The notes under the pieces: model-generated
Databases searched by the model: none
What the model was told of the DNA's origin: nothing
What the model saw: the letters and a program-made list of their open reading frames with translations, nothing else
Made by a program: the position numbers and the translations under genes
Shown here: positions 9,021-18,604 of the stretch, in pieces
How the letters are laid out: the number at the start of each line of letters is the position of its first letter
Position numbering within the stretch: the stretch's first letter is position 1
NCBI GenBank assembly: GCA_001595385.3
Contig: LVEI03000002.1
Coordinates: 51,924 to 115,923, forward strand
Direction of reading: 5' to 3'
Length of the DNA stretch: 64,000 nucleotides
From: Deltaproteobacteria bacterium GWC2_55_46
Lineage (GTDB): Bacteria > Desulfobacterota > GWC2-55-46

Positions 9021-10033
9021 GCGTAAGGCCTGAAGAGCTCGAGCGGGAGGCGCTGGAGGAGCTTTCCAAGGCTGCTTCCAGGGAAGCTCTCCAGCAGGCC
9101 AAGGCCAGGTACCTCGGCAGAAAAGGGGAGGTGGCCACGCTCTTGAAAGGGCTCGGCGCCCTTTCCCCTGACCAGAGAAAAAAGGCCGGCGAGTCGATAA
9201 ATACCGTTAAGGACAGGCTCGAAGCGGTCTTTGCGAGCGCCCTTTCTGCTTTTGACGAAAGGGAGAGGAATGAGAAGCTCGACAGGGAACGGGTGGACGT
9301 AACGCTACCCGGCAGGTCCTTAAGCCCCGGCAGGCTCCATCCGGTCACTCAGGTGATGGACGAGATAGAGGAGATATTCTCGAGCCTGGGCTTCGATATC
9401 GCGGAGGGGCCGGAGGTCGAGCTCGACTATTATAACTTCGAGGCCTTAAACCTTCCAAAAGACCATCCTGCAAGGGATATGCAGGATACCTTCTATGTAA
9501 GCGACGAGGTGCTTCTGCGCACCCACACCTCCCCGGTCCAGATAAGGGTGATGGAAAAGGAAAAGCCCCCTTTGAGGGTCATCGCCCCTGGAACGGTCTA
9601 CCGCAGGGACTCAGACATCACACATACCCCGATGTTCCACCAGGTCGAAGGCTTCATGGTGGATAAGGGCGTTACCTTCAGCAACCTTAAGGGCGTGCTT
9701 ACGCATTTCCTCCACAGCCTTTTCGGCGAGAAGATCGAGATACGCTTCCGCCCGAGCTTTTTCCCTTTTACCGAGCCGAGCGCCGAGGTCGATATCCGCT
9801 GCGTCATCTGCGGGGGTTCCGGCTGCAGGGTCTGCAAGGGCAGCGGGTGGCTCGAGATACTCGGGGCGGGCATGATACATCCTCACGTCTTCAGGGCCGT
9901 CAAATACGACCCGGAAGAGTACACGGGCTTTGCCTTCGGACTCGGCATAGAGAGGATAGCCATGCTCAAGTTTGGTATCGACGACCTGAGGCTCTTCTTT
10001 GAGAACGATCTGAGGTTCCTCAGGCAGTTTTAG
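9017..10033 (+). CDS. pheS: Phenylalanyl-tRNA synthetase alpha subunit
   Basis: [11 protein letters not shown] and [16 protein letters not shown] class II motifs. Start overlaps the rplT stop. Confidence 0.95.
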   Translation: MSVRPEELEREALEELSKAASREALQQAKARYLGRKGEVATLLKGLGALSPDQRKKAGESINTVKDRLEAVFASALSAFDERERNEKLDRERVDVTLPGRSLSPGRLHPVTQVMDEIEEIFSSLGFDIAEGPEVELDYYNFEALNLPKDHPARDMQDTFYVSDEVLLRTHTSPVQIRVMEKEKPPLRVIAPGTVYRRDSDITHTPMFHQVEGFMVDKGVTFSNLKGVLTHFLHSLFGEKIEIRFRPSFFPFTEPSAEVDIRCVICGGSGCRVCKGSGWLEILGAGMIHPHVFRAVKYDPEEYTGFAFGLGIERIAMLKFGIDDLRLFFENDLRFLRQF

Positions 10034-10096
10034 CTCCCTTTATAATTTGGCAATTCATTTTAGGACTCTGAAAAATCCCCTTTTAAGGTCAAACAG

Positions 10097-12481
10097 ATGC
10101 TTTTCAGTTACAATTGGCTAAAAGAGTATCTCGAAGGCGCGCCCGCTCCAGATGAACTCTCCGACAGGCTTACCATGTCCGGTACCGAGATAGAATCAGT
10201 CACAAGGACCGGCGCCGCTTTTACCAACGTCATAACAGCCCAGATAATAAGCTGCGAGAAGCACCCCAACGCGGATAAGCTCTCTTATTGCAAGGTGAGG
10301 ACAGACAAGGAAGAGCTCGCGATAGTCTGCGGCGCGAAGAACATGAAGGCCGGCGACAAGGTCGCCCTTGCCGTAAACGGGGCCGAGTTGCCGGGCGGGC
10401 TCAAGATAAAGAAGTCCAAGATAAGGGGTGTCGAATCCCAGGGCATGATGTGCTCTGAGGTCGAGCTCGGGCTCAAGGATACGTCCAGTGGCTTGATGAT
10501 CCTCCCTCCTGATACACCGCTCGGCGTGGACTACAGCGCCATCCTCGGCTCGGACTATATGATGGAAGCGGGGATCACCCCGAACAGGGGCGATATCCTC
10601 TCGATACGGGGCCTGGCGAGGGAAGCTGCCGCCGTAACGGGCGCCAGGTTTATCGACAAGTCCTTTACGGTGGAAGAGGGCGGCGGTCCTGTAGAGAAGG
10701 CCGCTACTGTCTCTGTGGCCCCGGCTTGCCCATGTCGGAGATACTCCGCGCGTGTCATAGAGGGCGTAAAGACAGGCCCGTCGCCGGATGATATCAGGGC
10801 AAGGCTTGAGGCCCACGGCATAAGGGCCATAAACAACGTGGTCGATATTACAAACCTCGTGCTCCTTGAGACTGGCCAGCCTTTGCATGCCTTTGACCTC
10901 GACAAGCTCAACGGCCATAGAATAAACGTGAGGTTCGCCGCAGAGGGCGAGAGCATCGAGACTATCGACGGCAAGACGAGGTCGCTCGATACATCCATGC
11001 TCGTTATCGCCGATTCCGCAGTCCCGGTCGCTATAGCCGGCGTCATGGGTGGCAAGGCAACAGAGGTAAGCGAGGGGACGGTGAGGGTGCTCCTTGAGAG
11101 CGCATGGTTCGAGCCCTCGAGCGTGAGGATGACCTCCAGGAAGCTCGGCTTATCGAGCGATTCATCCTACAGGTTCGAAAGGGGGGTCGATATCGATGGC
11201 GTGGCAAAGGCCCTTGACATGGCCGCTAACCTTATATTAAAGCTCGCCGGAGGGGCGGCAACAAAGGGTACCATAGATATCCGCGCAGTCAAGGCCGTGC
11301 CGGCGGAGATAGATTTCAGGCTTAAAAGGGCAGAGGAGCTTCTTGGCGTATCCATCGGCGAAAAAGCCCTGCTCGAGATATTCGGCAGGCTTGGGATTAT
11401 AGCCCGCGTAAAATCTCCAGGCGTCATAACCGCCGTACCGCCGTCATACAGGACGGACCTCGTACAGGAGACCGACCTCATGGAGGAGGCGGCAAGGCTC
11501 TTCGGCTATAATAACATATCTACGACATTGCCGGTCGCAAGGCTCATACCGGGCAGCCCCGGCAGGCTTTCGGCCATAAGAAGGAAGGTAAAGACGCTGC
11601 TCGTGGACTCAGGCCTCACAGAGGTCGTGAACTACAGCTTCGTCTCCAGGGAGGCCTTTGCCATTACCGGGCCGGAGTCAAAGGCAGGCGTGGCCATTCT
11701 GAACCCGCTCACAGAGGAGCAGGCAGTGATGAGGGACAGCCTTCTGCCATCGCTCCTGGAAAACCTGAAGTTCAACCTCGCCCGCAAGAGCGAGGAGCTT
11801 AAGATATTCGAGTTCGCCCCGGCGTTCATAGCAAACTCAAGGCTGCCTCATGAGAGGTGGAAGGTCGCCGGGCTCCTCTACGGCCACCGCTACGAGCCTG
11901 GCTGGAGCTACCCGGCTGAGTCGGTTGATTTCTTCGACGTGAAAGGGCTCATAGAGCGCCTTCTTGAAGGGCTCGGGATACAAAGAGCGGTCTTTGAAAG
12001 GACGGAGCACCGGTTGCTGCACCCTGGAAAGGCGGCTGCCCTAAGGCTTGCGAATAAGCCGGCCGGGGTGTTCGGAGAGGTCCATCCGGCCCTCTGGGCC
12101 GGTTATGATCTCAGAATGCCTGCCTATCTTTTTGAGCTTGATATCGATACGATGATGGCCTCTTTCGGCGCGGCGAGAAAGTACTCCCCACTGCCTAAAT
12201 TCCCTGAATCGGCGAGGGATATAGCCTTCATAGTGAATGAAGAGACACCCTTCAGGGAGATCTCAGACTCGATAAAAAGGATTGACGTAAAACTTATTGA
12301 AAAGGTTGAATTGTTTGATGTATACTATGGCGGGAACATACCTTCCGGCAGTAGAAGCCTCGCCGTACGCGTGACCTACAGGTCGCGTGAGAGGACGCTT
12401 ACAGGGCAGGAAGTCGAAGATATCCATACCAGGGTAGTGAAAGAGCTAACCGAGCGGTTCAAGGCAGAAGTCAGAGGTTGA
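10097..12481 (+). CDS. pheT: Phenylalanyl-tRNA synthetase beta subunit
   Basis: 794 aa with an N-terminal tRNA-binding (OB) domain, B3/4 and B5 domains and a C-terminal FDX-ACB-like end. Follows pheS. Confidence 0.95.
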   Translation: MLFSYNWLKEYLEGAPAPDELSDRLTMSGTEIESVTRTGAAFTNVITAQIISCEKHPNADKLSYCKVRTDKEELAIVCGAKNMKAGDKVALAVNGAELPGGLKIKKSKIRGVESQGMMCSEVELGLKDTSSGLMILPPDTPLGVDYSAILGSDYMMEAGITPNRGDILSIRGLAREAAAVTGARFIDKSFTVEEGGGPVEKAATVSVAPACPCRRYSARVIEGVKTGPSPDDIRARLEAHGIRAINNVVDITNLVLLETGQPLHAFDLDKLNGHRINVRFAAEGESIETIDGKTRSLDTSMLVIADSAVPVAIAGVMGGKATEVSEGTVRVLLESAWFEPSSVRMTSRKLGLSSDSSYRFERGVDIDGVAKALDMAANLILKLAGGAATKGTIDIRAVKAVPAEIDFRLKRAEELLGVSIGEKALLEIFGRLGIIARVKSPGVITAVPPSYRTDLVQETDLMEEAARLFGYNNISTTLPVARLIPGSPGRLSAIRRKVKTLLVDSGLTEVVNYSFVSREAFAITGPESKAGVAILNPLTEEQAVMRDSLLPSLLENLKFNLARKSEELKIFEFAPAFIANSRLPHERWKVAGLLYGHRYEPGWSYPAESVDFFDVKGLIERLLEGLGIQRAVFERTEHRLLHPGKAAALRLANKPAGVFGEVHPALWAGYDLRMPAYLFELDIDTMMASFGAARKYSPLPKFPESARDIAFIVNEETPFREISDSIKRIDVKLIEKVELFDVYYGGNIPSGSRSLAVRVTYRSRERTLTGQEVEDIHTRVVKELTERFKAEVRG

Positions 12482-12521
12482 GGCGCGTAATATTTTACCC
12501 CGCTTTAAGAGGAGGACTACT

Positions 12522-12827
12522 ATGACCAAGGCGGATATCGTAGAGATTGTCTTTGAGAAGGTAGGTTTTTCAAAAAAGGATGTTTCTGCAGTCATCGAGG
12601 AGATATTCGAGACCGTAAAGACGACCCTTGAGTCTGGTGAAAAGGTCAAGATCTCCGGCTTCGGCAACTTCACCATAAGGCAGAAGAGGGCCAGGAGGGG
12701 AAGGAACCCCCAGACAGGGAGCGAAATCACCATAGACCAGCGCCGTGTGATGACCTTCAAGGCCAGCCAGCTCCTAAAGAAGGCCATAAACCAGCAGGCG
12801 CAGGCCCAGACGCCAACAGCGGTCTGA
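12522..12827 (+). CDS. ihfA: Integration host factor alpha subunit
   Basis: GFGNFTIRQKRARRGRNPQTGSEITI DNA-binding arm of the IHF/HU fold. Conserved position after pheT. Confidence 0.85.
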   Translation: MTKADIVEIVFEKVGFSKKDVSAVIEEIFETVKTTLESGEKVKISGFGNFTIRQKRARRGRNPQTGSEITIDQRRVMTFKASQLLKKAINQQAQAQTPTAV

Positions 12828-12874
12828 TCCTGGTCCGCAGGTCCAATACTTCAAAAAACGCCTGAAGGCCACGG

Positions 12875-13228
12875 ATGACGACGCAGATACCCGACAAGCT
12901 CTATTTCAAGATAGGCGAAGCGGCCGCCCTTACAAAGGTGAAGCCGTACGTTTTGAGGTACTGGGAGAGCGAGTTCAGGATAATAAGCCCCAAGAAGTCG
13001 CTCACCAAGCAGAGGGTCTACAGCAAGCGGGATATAGAGCTTATACTTGAGATAAAACGCCTGCTCTACAAGGAAGGTTTCACGCTTGACGGGGCGAAAA
13101 AGCGCGTCAAGGAGATACAGGCCGAGCGGACCAGGCAGCTCGATTTCGGCTTTACAGAAAAGAAGTTCCAGACGGCCCTGAAGGCCTTGAAAAAAGAGCT
13201 TACGTCCATAAGGAAGATGCTGGCTTGA
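12875..13228 (+). CDS. MerR-family transcriptional regulator
   Basis: N-terminal HTH YFKIGEAAALTKVKPYVLRYWESEF, followed by a coiled coil. Confidence 0.8.
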   Translation: MTTQIPDKLYFKIGEAAALTKVKPYVLRYWESEFRIISPKKSLTKQRVYSKRDIELILEIKRLLYKEGFTLDGAKKRVKEIQAERTRQLDFGFTEKKFQTALKALKKELTSIRKMLA

Positions 13229-13333
13229 AAAGTTTGTCTTCTGGAAGGTTTTTTCTGGAAAAGCCTTTAACGGCGTGCTAATATTATTTGTCTCAGGGGG
13301 CCGGACGGGCCCCTTTTAAATTGTAATCGATTC

Positions 13334-13410
<77 letters not shown>

Positions 13411-13420
13411 GTTAAATCAA

Positions 13421-13452
13421 GGGGTTACGGAGTTTCCGTAGCCCCTTTTTTT
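13421..13452 (+). terminator. Rho-independent terminator after tRNA-Pro
   Basis: 11-bp stem GGGGTTACGGA/TCCGTAGCCCC with loop GTT, followed by T7. Confidence 0.7.
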
Positions 13453-13646
13453 ATGAAAAAGGCAATTGGTATACAGTTTGGTCTACAGTTTGACAAAATA
13501 TAAAAAGCCGCCCCCCTTTCGGGTAAGCGGCTGAAGGGAAGGGCCCTCCGGGTAACTCATGGGCGGTGAGCCCGGAAGGGCGCGTGGAGGGTGTGGGGGA
13601 GGGTGTTCGTGCTCGGAGGCTATGGCTTCGGCGGTTTTCTCTGGGT

Positions 13647-13671
13647 TCAAGTGGAAATTTTTTCCACTTGA
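13647..13671. repeat. 25-bp palindrome TCAAGTGGAAA-TTT-TTTCCACTTGA
   Basis: Perfect 11-bp arms. Shares TCAAGT/ACTTGA ends with the palindrome at 13813. Confidence 0.8.
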
Positions 13672-13812
13672 TTTTCTGTCACCCCCCTGTGCCTTCTTCG
13701 TCCTGTCGTACTTCTTCCCGATGTAGTAGGCGAAGGACTTGTGCTCACTTTGAGCAGAAGTGTCGGCGGTAGCAGACTGGACATTTTGTCCACTCTGCAC
13801 ATACGGCGGTTT

Positions 13813-13837
13813 TCAAGTCCTCAAATTGAGGACTTGA
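13813..13837. repeat. 25-bp palindrome TCAAGTCCTCAA-A-TTGAGGACTTGA
   Basis: Perfect 12-bp arms. Related to 13647-13671. A third palindrome, CTCAATTAATTGAG, lies at 13899-13912. Confidence 0.8.
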
Positions 13838-13996
13838 TTTCCTGGCGGTAAGCGGCCTTCGCCCGGTGAGCGTCGGTAGAGCGTTCGTTCTTATGTGGCT
13901 CAATTAATTGAGTAACAGAAGTCTTCTTTTCACCTCGTGGTTTTCCGGAAGCTTGAGACTTCCTCTCCTGGGCCTCTGCCTTTATGGGTGCGTAGC

Positions 13997-14509
13997 CTAA
14001 GACCTTCTGAGGTGGAGCTTTTCCTTCCACTCCCCTATCATCCCTTCGAATTTTTGCTCAGGCACGGCGGCGAGCTTCTGGCATTTTGAAGAGAAATTCT
14101 TTGTAGTGTCCAAATCTTTAAGGGTAACGGAAAACGGTACTTTCGAAATGACCGTTTTTTTTGAAGGCCGTCCGCTCTGCACACCTTGTGCTATGGTGCC
14201 GGCGGTTTTTGGTTGGTGGCATTTTGCCGAAAAACCGGTGTCTGGCCCGGTACCGGTTATAAGGGTGCCCTCCCGGCGGTTTCGCGTCTGGCTGGCGCTG
14301 CCGGGACCAAGAGGGCCCTCTCCCGGCCCTAAGCAATAATCCGTATCGTCCACCACCTCGAAGCGGTAGGGGTGTCGTCGTGATCCCTCATATGGCGCTC
14401 GCCCCAGGGTGAAAACTCCTCGCCGCTTGCCATGCCGGGCCTCAAGTTTTGCCGCTGTCTCCCCCTCTTCCTCTGCCAAGACTGCCTTTAGCTCCGCGTC
14501 TTCCCTCAT
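13997..14509 (-). CDS. Hypothetical protein (weak call)
   Basis: Strong SD (GAGGAGGAAAGG) before ATG 14509, but the sequence is low-complexity and Gly/Pro/Arg-rich. May be decayed. Confidence 0.3.
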   Translation of the reverse strand: MREDAELKAVLAEEEGETAAKLEARHGKRRGVFTLGRAPYEGSRRHPYRFEVVDDTDYCLGPGEGPLGPGSASQTRNRREGTLITGTGPDTGFSAKCHQPKTAGTIAQGVQSGRPSKKTVISKVPFSVTLKDLDTTKNFSSKCQKLAAVPEQKFEGMIGEWKEKLHLRRS

Positions 14510-14656
14510 TTGCCTTTCCTCCTCGTTTTGGTTTGTATGCTCTCGCTCTTCACGAAAGCGCTGCTCTTGGTTTACGGGCTGGCCTTCATAGCCCCAGACT
14601 CCGGCCAGCCTTTACAAGGCTGTGTAGGACGCGATAGACCGCCTCCTCTAGCAGCC

Positions 14657-14926
14657 TCAGTGTAGCCATCCCCGCACCTCTCTCTCCGTCACGCTCGGCA
14701 ATTGCCCGCCATCCCACCACCAAAAGCGCGGGTGACAGCCGAAGGGGATCCGCTCAAGCTCCCCCTGGACGTCGAGCGTAGGCAGGGGCATGGGCCTTAT
14801 CCTGCCAGTCCTCAGTAAAGGCTCGGCGAGGTGCTCCGGCAGCGTTACCACCTCGCCAGGCTCAAGCTCCCGGATGCCGGACGTTGTACGGACCTTGAGG
14901 ACGCTAACCACCATGTAGCTATTCAT
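14657..14926 (-). CDS. Hypothetical protein
   Basis: 89 aa. ATG overlaps the primase stop (ATGA), the last gene of the minus-strand replication operon. Confidence 0.5.
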   Translation of the reverse strand: MNSYMVVSVLKVRTTSGIRELEPGEVVTLPEHLAEPLLRTGRIRPMPLPTLDVQGELERIPFGCHPRFWWWDGGQLPSVTEREVRGWLH

Positions 14927-16611
14927 TCGAGCACCTCCAGAATATCATCCGCGTCTTTAGTGCTGGTCCTCGATGGTCCGCGGTCCGGCGTATTGTCCTC
15001 TCCATTGTTTTTACATATAGACTCATCTTCCTTTTTAGTAATTTCACCTACACGTACAATAGCAGGGACCGCGGACCACTGCGGACCACCTAAGCCAATG
15101 CCGGAATAAAGGCGGGTTCTGCTCCCCCTCGTCCGGGGCCTCTCGGTCTTCAACTCCGGCAATGCCGCCCGCAAGTCACGGCCAAATGTCTGCAAAGTGC
15201 CGGGGTGCTCCCGCCCCTGTGTCTCACACCATGTCCGCCAAGCCTGGTAAAGGTCAGAACAGGCCACCTCGGCCCCCGGTGCAAAATGACACTCATCACG
15301 AATGAAGGCGCTTATAGGACTCCCCAGGTCCTCAAGCTCGTCAATGGCCTCCCTCGCGCTCGACGGCTGTATAAAGCGGCCCCTCTCCTTGAGCCTGTAG
15401 AGGCCCTCGACCGCCCAATTAAGAATTGCTGGCAGCTCTTCCGCAAGTCTGGCGTCGAGGCTGTGGTCCTCGCGGCCCAGGAAGCTCTCATTCATTTTCA
15501 GGACGATGAACCGTGAAGCCAGCGCCCCGGAGCTGTCGGACAGGCATGGCAGTTCGTTCGTGAGAACCATGAACCGGGTGTTCAGCTTTCCGGTCCAATC
15601 TTCCATGTGTTTTCGGGGTATGCTTAAGGTGTCCTCGCCGCTGATTGATAAAAGTCGTTCCGTGGTCATCTCCTGGTTAGCCCTGGAGCCTAAACGGGCA
15701 TCAGATATGACGCCCAGGGGTTTCCCGATTAGCGGTTGAAGTCCAAAGAGTGTTTGTAGTGAGGATAATGTGGGTCCCGCGATATTATGATTGCCCAGGA
15801 GCTTTACGAGGAGCCTATATATTGTCCCCTTTCCCGACCTCGGAGGACCTACCAACATAAAAATCTTCTGGAAGGAAGTATCCGAAGTAAGGAGGAGTCC
15901 AATTATCTCCTGTAGTGTCAGGCCGGACTCCGGATCATCGGGCCAGATTGAATTGAGGAAGGCCAACAAGCTCTTGGGACCCGATGCATCCGGGGTGTGC
16001 GCTATCGGAATTTGAATATTAAAGTAATGCTCGCGGTTGTGAGGTTCGAGGACGACGCCGCTCTCCCGCAGTCGCAGCGCACCATTTGCAAGATTGATAA
16101 TGTTTGTGTCGGCGTTCCATTCGTGGCGCGGACGGAAGATTTCAGTTTTCAGAATATCAAGTACACCATTGACGCGGTTCTGGGTAACATCTGCTATCGT
16201 CTCGACGACCTCATGCACCTTACCCTTTACCTCGCGATTAGGGGCCTCCTGCCATACGCCATCGAGATTCCATACCCAGATATCTCCATCAGCGCACAAG
16301 ACATTCTCCGGTCCGTAATTCTCCACGACCTTTCTGGCGAGTACCAGGTGGTCAGGCTCCTCCTCTGCAAAGGCTGCCGCCGCTTCTGCCTTTATCGCGC
16401 TCAAGGGCAGCCCGGTCATTTTTTTAATTGTCCTGTAGACGCGCTGCCGCGCAACGGGGCCCAGGATTTTCGTGGCTGCCTGGACGATTGAGGCGATATT
16501 CTCGGAAGTCGAGTCAGGGGTCAGGGCTTCGGCCATGATGGAAGGCTCGTCCGTGAGGCTGGCCTCTCGTTTCTCCTTCATATACTCATCGAGCCAAGCG
16601 TTATCCGGCAT
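14923..16611 (-). CDS. Phage/plasmid primase-helicase, P4 family (D5_N plus SF3 helicase-like C-domain)
   Basis: Walker A in FMLVGPPRSGKGTIYRLLVKLLG, with the overall architecture of P4-alpha/D5-like proteins. ATG 16611 with GAGGAGG upstream is preferred over 16734, which overlaps the upstream gene by 134 nt. Confidence 0.8.
   Translation of the reverse strand: MPDNAWLDEYMKEKREASLTDEPSIMAEALTPDSTSENIASIVQAATKILGPVARQRVYRTIKKMTGLPLSAIKAEAAAAFAEEEPDHLVLARKVVENYGPENVLCADGDIWVWNLDGVWQEAPNREVKGKVHEVVETIADVTQNRVNGVLDILKTEIFRPRHEWNADTNIINLANGALRLRESGVVLEPHNREHYFNIQIPIAHTPDASGPKSLLAFLNSIWPDDPESGLTLQEIIGLLLTSDTSFQKIFMLVGPPRSGKGTIYRLLVKLLGNHNIAGPTLSSLQTLFGLQPLIGKPLGVISDARLGSRANQEMTTERLLSISGEDTLSIPRKHMEDWTGKLNTRFMVLTNELPCLSDSSGALASRFIVLKMNESFLGREDHSLDARLAEELPAILNWAVEGLYRLKERGRFIQPSSAREAIDELEDLGSPISAFIRDECHFAPGAEVACSDLYQAWRTWCETQGREHPGTLQTFGRDLRAALPELKTERPRTRGSRTRLYSGIGLGGPQWSAVPAIVRVGEITKKEDESICKNNGEDNTPDRGPSRTSTKDADDILEVLE
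14965..15117. repeat. 153-bp direct repeat, copy A (inside the 3' end of the primase gene)
   Basis: 149 of 153 identical to 17808-17960. Contains the inverted 12-mers GGTCCGCGGTCC (14975-86) and GGACCGCGGACC (15066-77) flanking an AT-rich core. Confidence 0.9.
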
Positions 16612-17158
16612 TGTGATATTCCTCCTCGAAAAGTGCCCGCCTTGCCGTGTCATCTCGGGTGCAAAAAACAGTTTCATAGGTGTATTCAATTTCGGGCATC
16701 GCATGAATAAGAGGCGCGAATACCTTAAGCTCATCCTCCGCGAAGCCCTGGGCCTCTTTCTGTCGGTAGAGCCACAAGAGCGCGGCCATTGAATCTACCT
16801 TGTGCTTCTCCCATGCACGATAAGTCTTCTCGCGTTCTCCCCGCTCCTGCCGGGCCTGTACTGCCGCCCTGGTATCTGCCGGGGTTCTGTGAGTACTTAT
16901 CCCGGCCCTGTCTGCCAGCATCTTAATTGCGCCGCGTGTATCGAGGCCGTGAAACTTTTTCACGAAATCCAGCACGTCGCCACCTTCACCGCAAGCCCAA
17001 CACCTCCACTTTTCGCCCCTGATAGTAAAGGACGGACTCCGGTCATCGTGGAAAGGGCATCGCCTCTTGCCGCGCTCAAGGTGTATCCCGGCGTCGCTCA
17101 GGACGGCCTCAAGAGGCAAGGCGGCCTTGATATGGGCTATAAGGGAGCCGCCGTTCAT
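16601..17158 (-). CDS. CHC2 zinc-finger (DnaG-primase-type) protein
   Basis: CPFHDDRSPSFTI...WRCWACGEGGDVLDFV is the zf-CHC2 signature. Start overlaps the upstream stop. Confidence 0.7.
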   Translation of the reverse strand: MNGGSLIAHIKAALPLEAVLSDAGIHLERGKRRCPFHDDRSPSFTIRGEKWRCWACGEGGDVLDFVKKFHGLDTRGAIKMLADRAGISTHRTPADTRAAVQARQERGEREKTYRAWEKHKVDSMAALLWLYRQKEAQGFAEDELKVFAPLIHAMPEIEYTYETVFCTRDDTARRALFEEEYHNAG

Positions 17159-17364
17159 TACTTCGCGCCCCTGGCCGCTGCCTTTTCCCTAAGCCATCCC
17201 TCAATCTCTGAGGCCAGCCAACCACAAGCCTGCCCTCCCAGGCGTATCCTCCTTGGGAATTTTCCGGCCCTCTCCCAACGGAATATAGAGGGGTCTGAGA
17301 CTTGAAGCATCCTCAATAATTCGGGCTTCCTTATAATTCGCTCGTCTGTCTTTTCAACCTGCAT
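17158..17364 (-). CDS. AlpA-family (prophage CP4-57-type) HTH regulator
   Basis: LLRMLQVSDPSIFRWERAGKFPRRIRLGGQACGWLASEIEGWL matches the AlpA/Phage_AlpA pattern. ATG 17364 with GGAGGC upstream. The N-terminal extension in the ORF track is unlikely. Confidence 0.7.
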   Translation of the reverse strand: MQVEKTDERIIRKPELLRMLQVSDPSIFRWERAGKFPRRIRLGGQACGWLASEIEGWLREKAAARGAK

Positions 17365-17520
17365 TTTCCCGCCTCCTTGTTTGTTGTTGATTATGAGCAC
17401 ATATAGAGCAAGCCCCGTGCCAAACGCAAAAAGGCCGCCACGGATTGCCAGTAACGGCCTGTATTCATTGAGCTTTAGGTCATGAAAGCGGCGCTCGCCT
17501 CCATTATCTTGAAAGACACG

Positions 17521-17570
17521 AAATCCCATATATGGGATTTCAGCGAAATAAAATCCCATATATGGGATTT
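17521..17570. promoter_or_regulatory. Two identical 20-bp perfect palindromes AAATCCCATATATGGGATTT, starts 30 bp apart
   Basis: Copies at 17521-17540 and 17551-17570, about 160 bp upstream of the alpA-like start. Candidate operator. Confidence 0.5.
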
Positions 17571-17807
17571 AGGAACAGTTGTGCGAGGAGAGCTTGAGTA
17601 CGCATTTGACGCATTATGCTCCGTAGCGTCCCGTACCTCGCCGGGGCCCGGGATCGGCAACTGGCCCGCGGTGGCACGCGATCCACCCCATTGTCTACTG
17701 CACTGGCTTTATATATAGGTATTTGCCCTATATTTTCCTTTTTTATATGTGTTTGAGCTGGAGAAACAATGACAGGGAACGCGTTCCATCGCGTTCCACC
17801 GCGTACC

Positions 17808-17960
17808 GGTCCTCGATGGTCCGCGGTCCGGCGTATTGTCCTCTCCATTGATTTTACATATAGACTCATCTTCCTTTTTAGTAATTTCACCTACACGTAC
17901 AATGGCAGGGACCGCGGACCACTGCGGACCACCTAAGCCAATGCCTGAATAAAAGCGGGT
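17808..17960. repeat. 153-bp direct repeat, copy B (orphan primase 3'-end remnant or cis site)
   Basis: Offset of exactly 2843 bp from copy A. The minus-strand translation keeps ...YSGIGLGGPQWSAVPAIVRVGEITKKEDESICK.NGEDNTPDRGPSRT with no gene body upstream. Confidence 0.9.
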
Positions 17961-18260
17961 ACGGCCCCTACCACACCTTCCTGCCCCAAAACGCTCCAAA
18001 ACTCCCCAACGCTCCACAATCGCCTACAAGCCACAGAACCCTGAACCCTTATGAAGGGCATGGGCCAGTCTTCTCCCGCGCTCCAGCGCCCCTCCTGTGA
18101 AGCCACACCGCCAAATAACTGGTAAGTTTCTTACCACCAATTGCAGGAAGGGAGCCTCATGGTACCCGACTTCCTGACTACGTTGTGTCGAATCGGATAC
18201 CGTTTTGCGTAAATCACCTTGTCAAAGATCCACAGGAATACCCCTCCAATACCCTACTCG

Positions 18261-18504
18261 ATACCCCCGTGATCCACCCAAATCACCGTCCCTAAAGCAC
18301 CAGGCTCCACCCTCTCCAAGTCAGGCTCGGCTCTCTCTCCAAGACTCCCCAAGAGGCTTGCCGTGAACCAGTTTCGACAAGGGGTGCCGGGGAGGGAAAA
18401 GTCCAGCAGAATCAAAATGTTAGGGATGGGGAGAAATAAATTGTGGGGGGTACTTTAACGACAGATACCCCCGCCCATAACAACATGAAACCCATAGGGG
18501 GTAC
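18261..18504. repeat. Iteron-like GGGGGTAC / ATACCCCC 8-mers (4 copies, both orientations)
   Basis: ATACCCCC at 18261 and 18465. GGGGGTAC at 18446 and 18497. All lie in an ORF-free stretch between the two island modules. Confidence 0.4.
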
Positions 18505-18604
18505 GGCATAGATTAGTAGTAATAATCCACCTATACAGGAGCGCAACGCCAGTTGACAGGGTCTTGGCAGCCGGTGATTGAACGCATAACCAGTAACAAT
18601 ATCA

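Noticed and set aside
12640-12665. 10-nt identity between spacer 1 (GGTCAAGATC) and ihfA.
   Set aside because: Too short. Such a match is expected by chance many times in 64 kb.
13483-14030. Minus-strand ORFs 13483-13800 (105 aa) and 13821-14030 (69 aa) as island genes, possibly pieces of a degraded integrase.
   Set aside because: They are interrupted by perfect 25-bp palindromes, have low-complexity composition and show no recombinase motifs. They are not reported as CDS.
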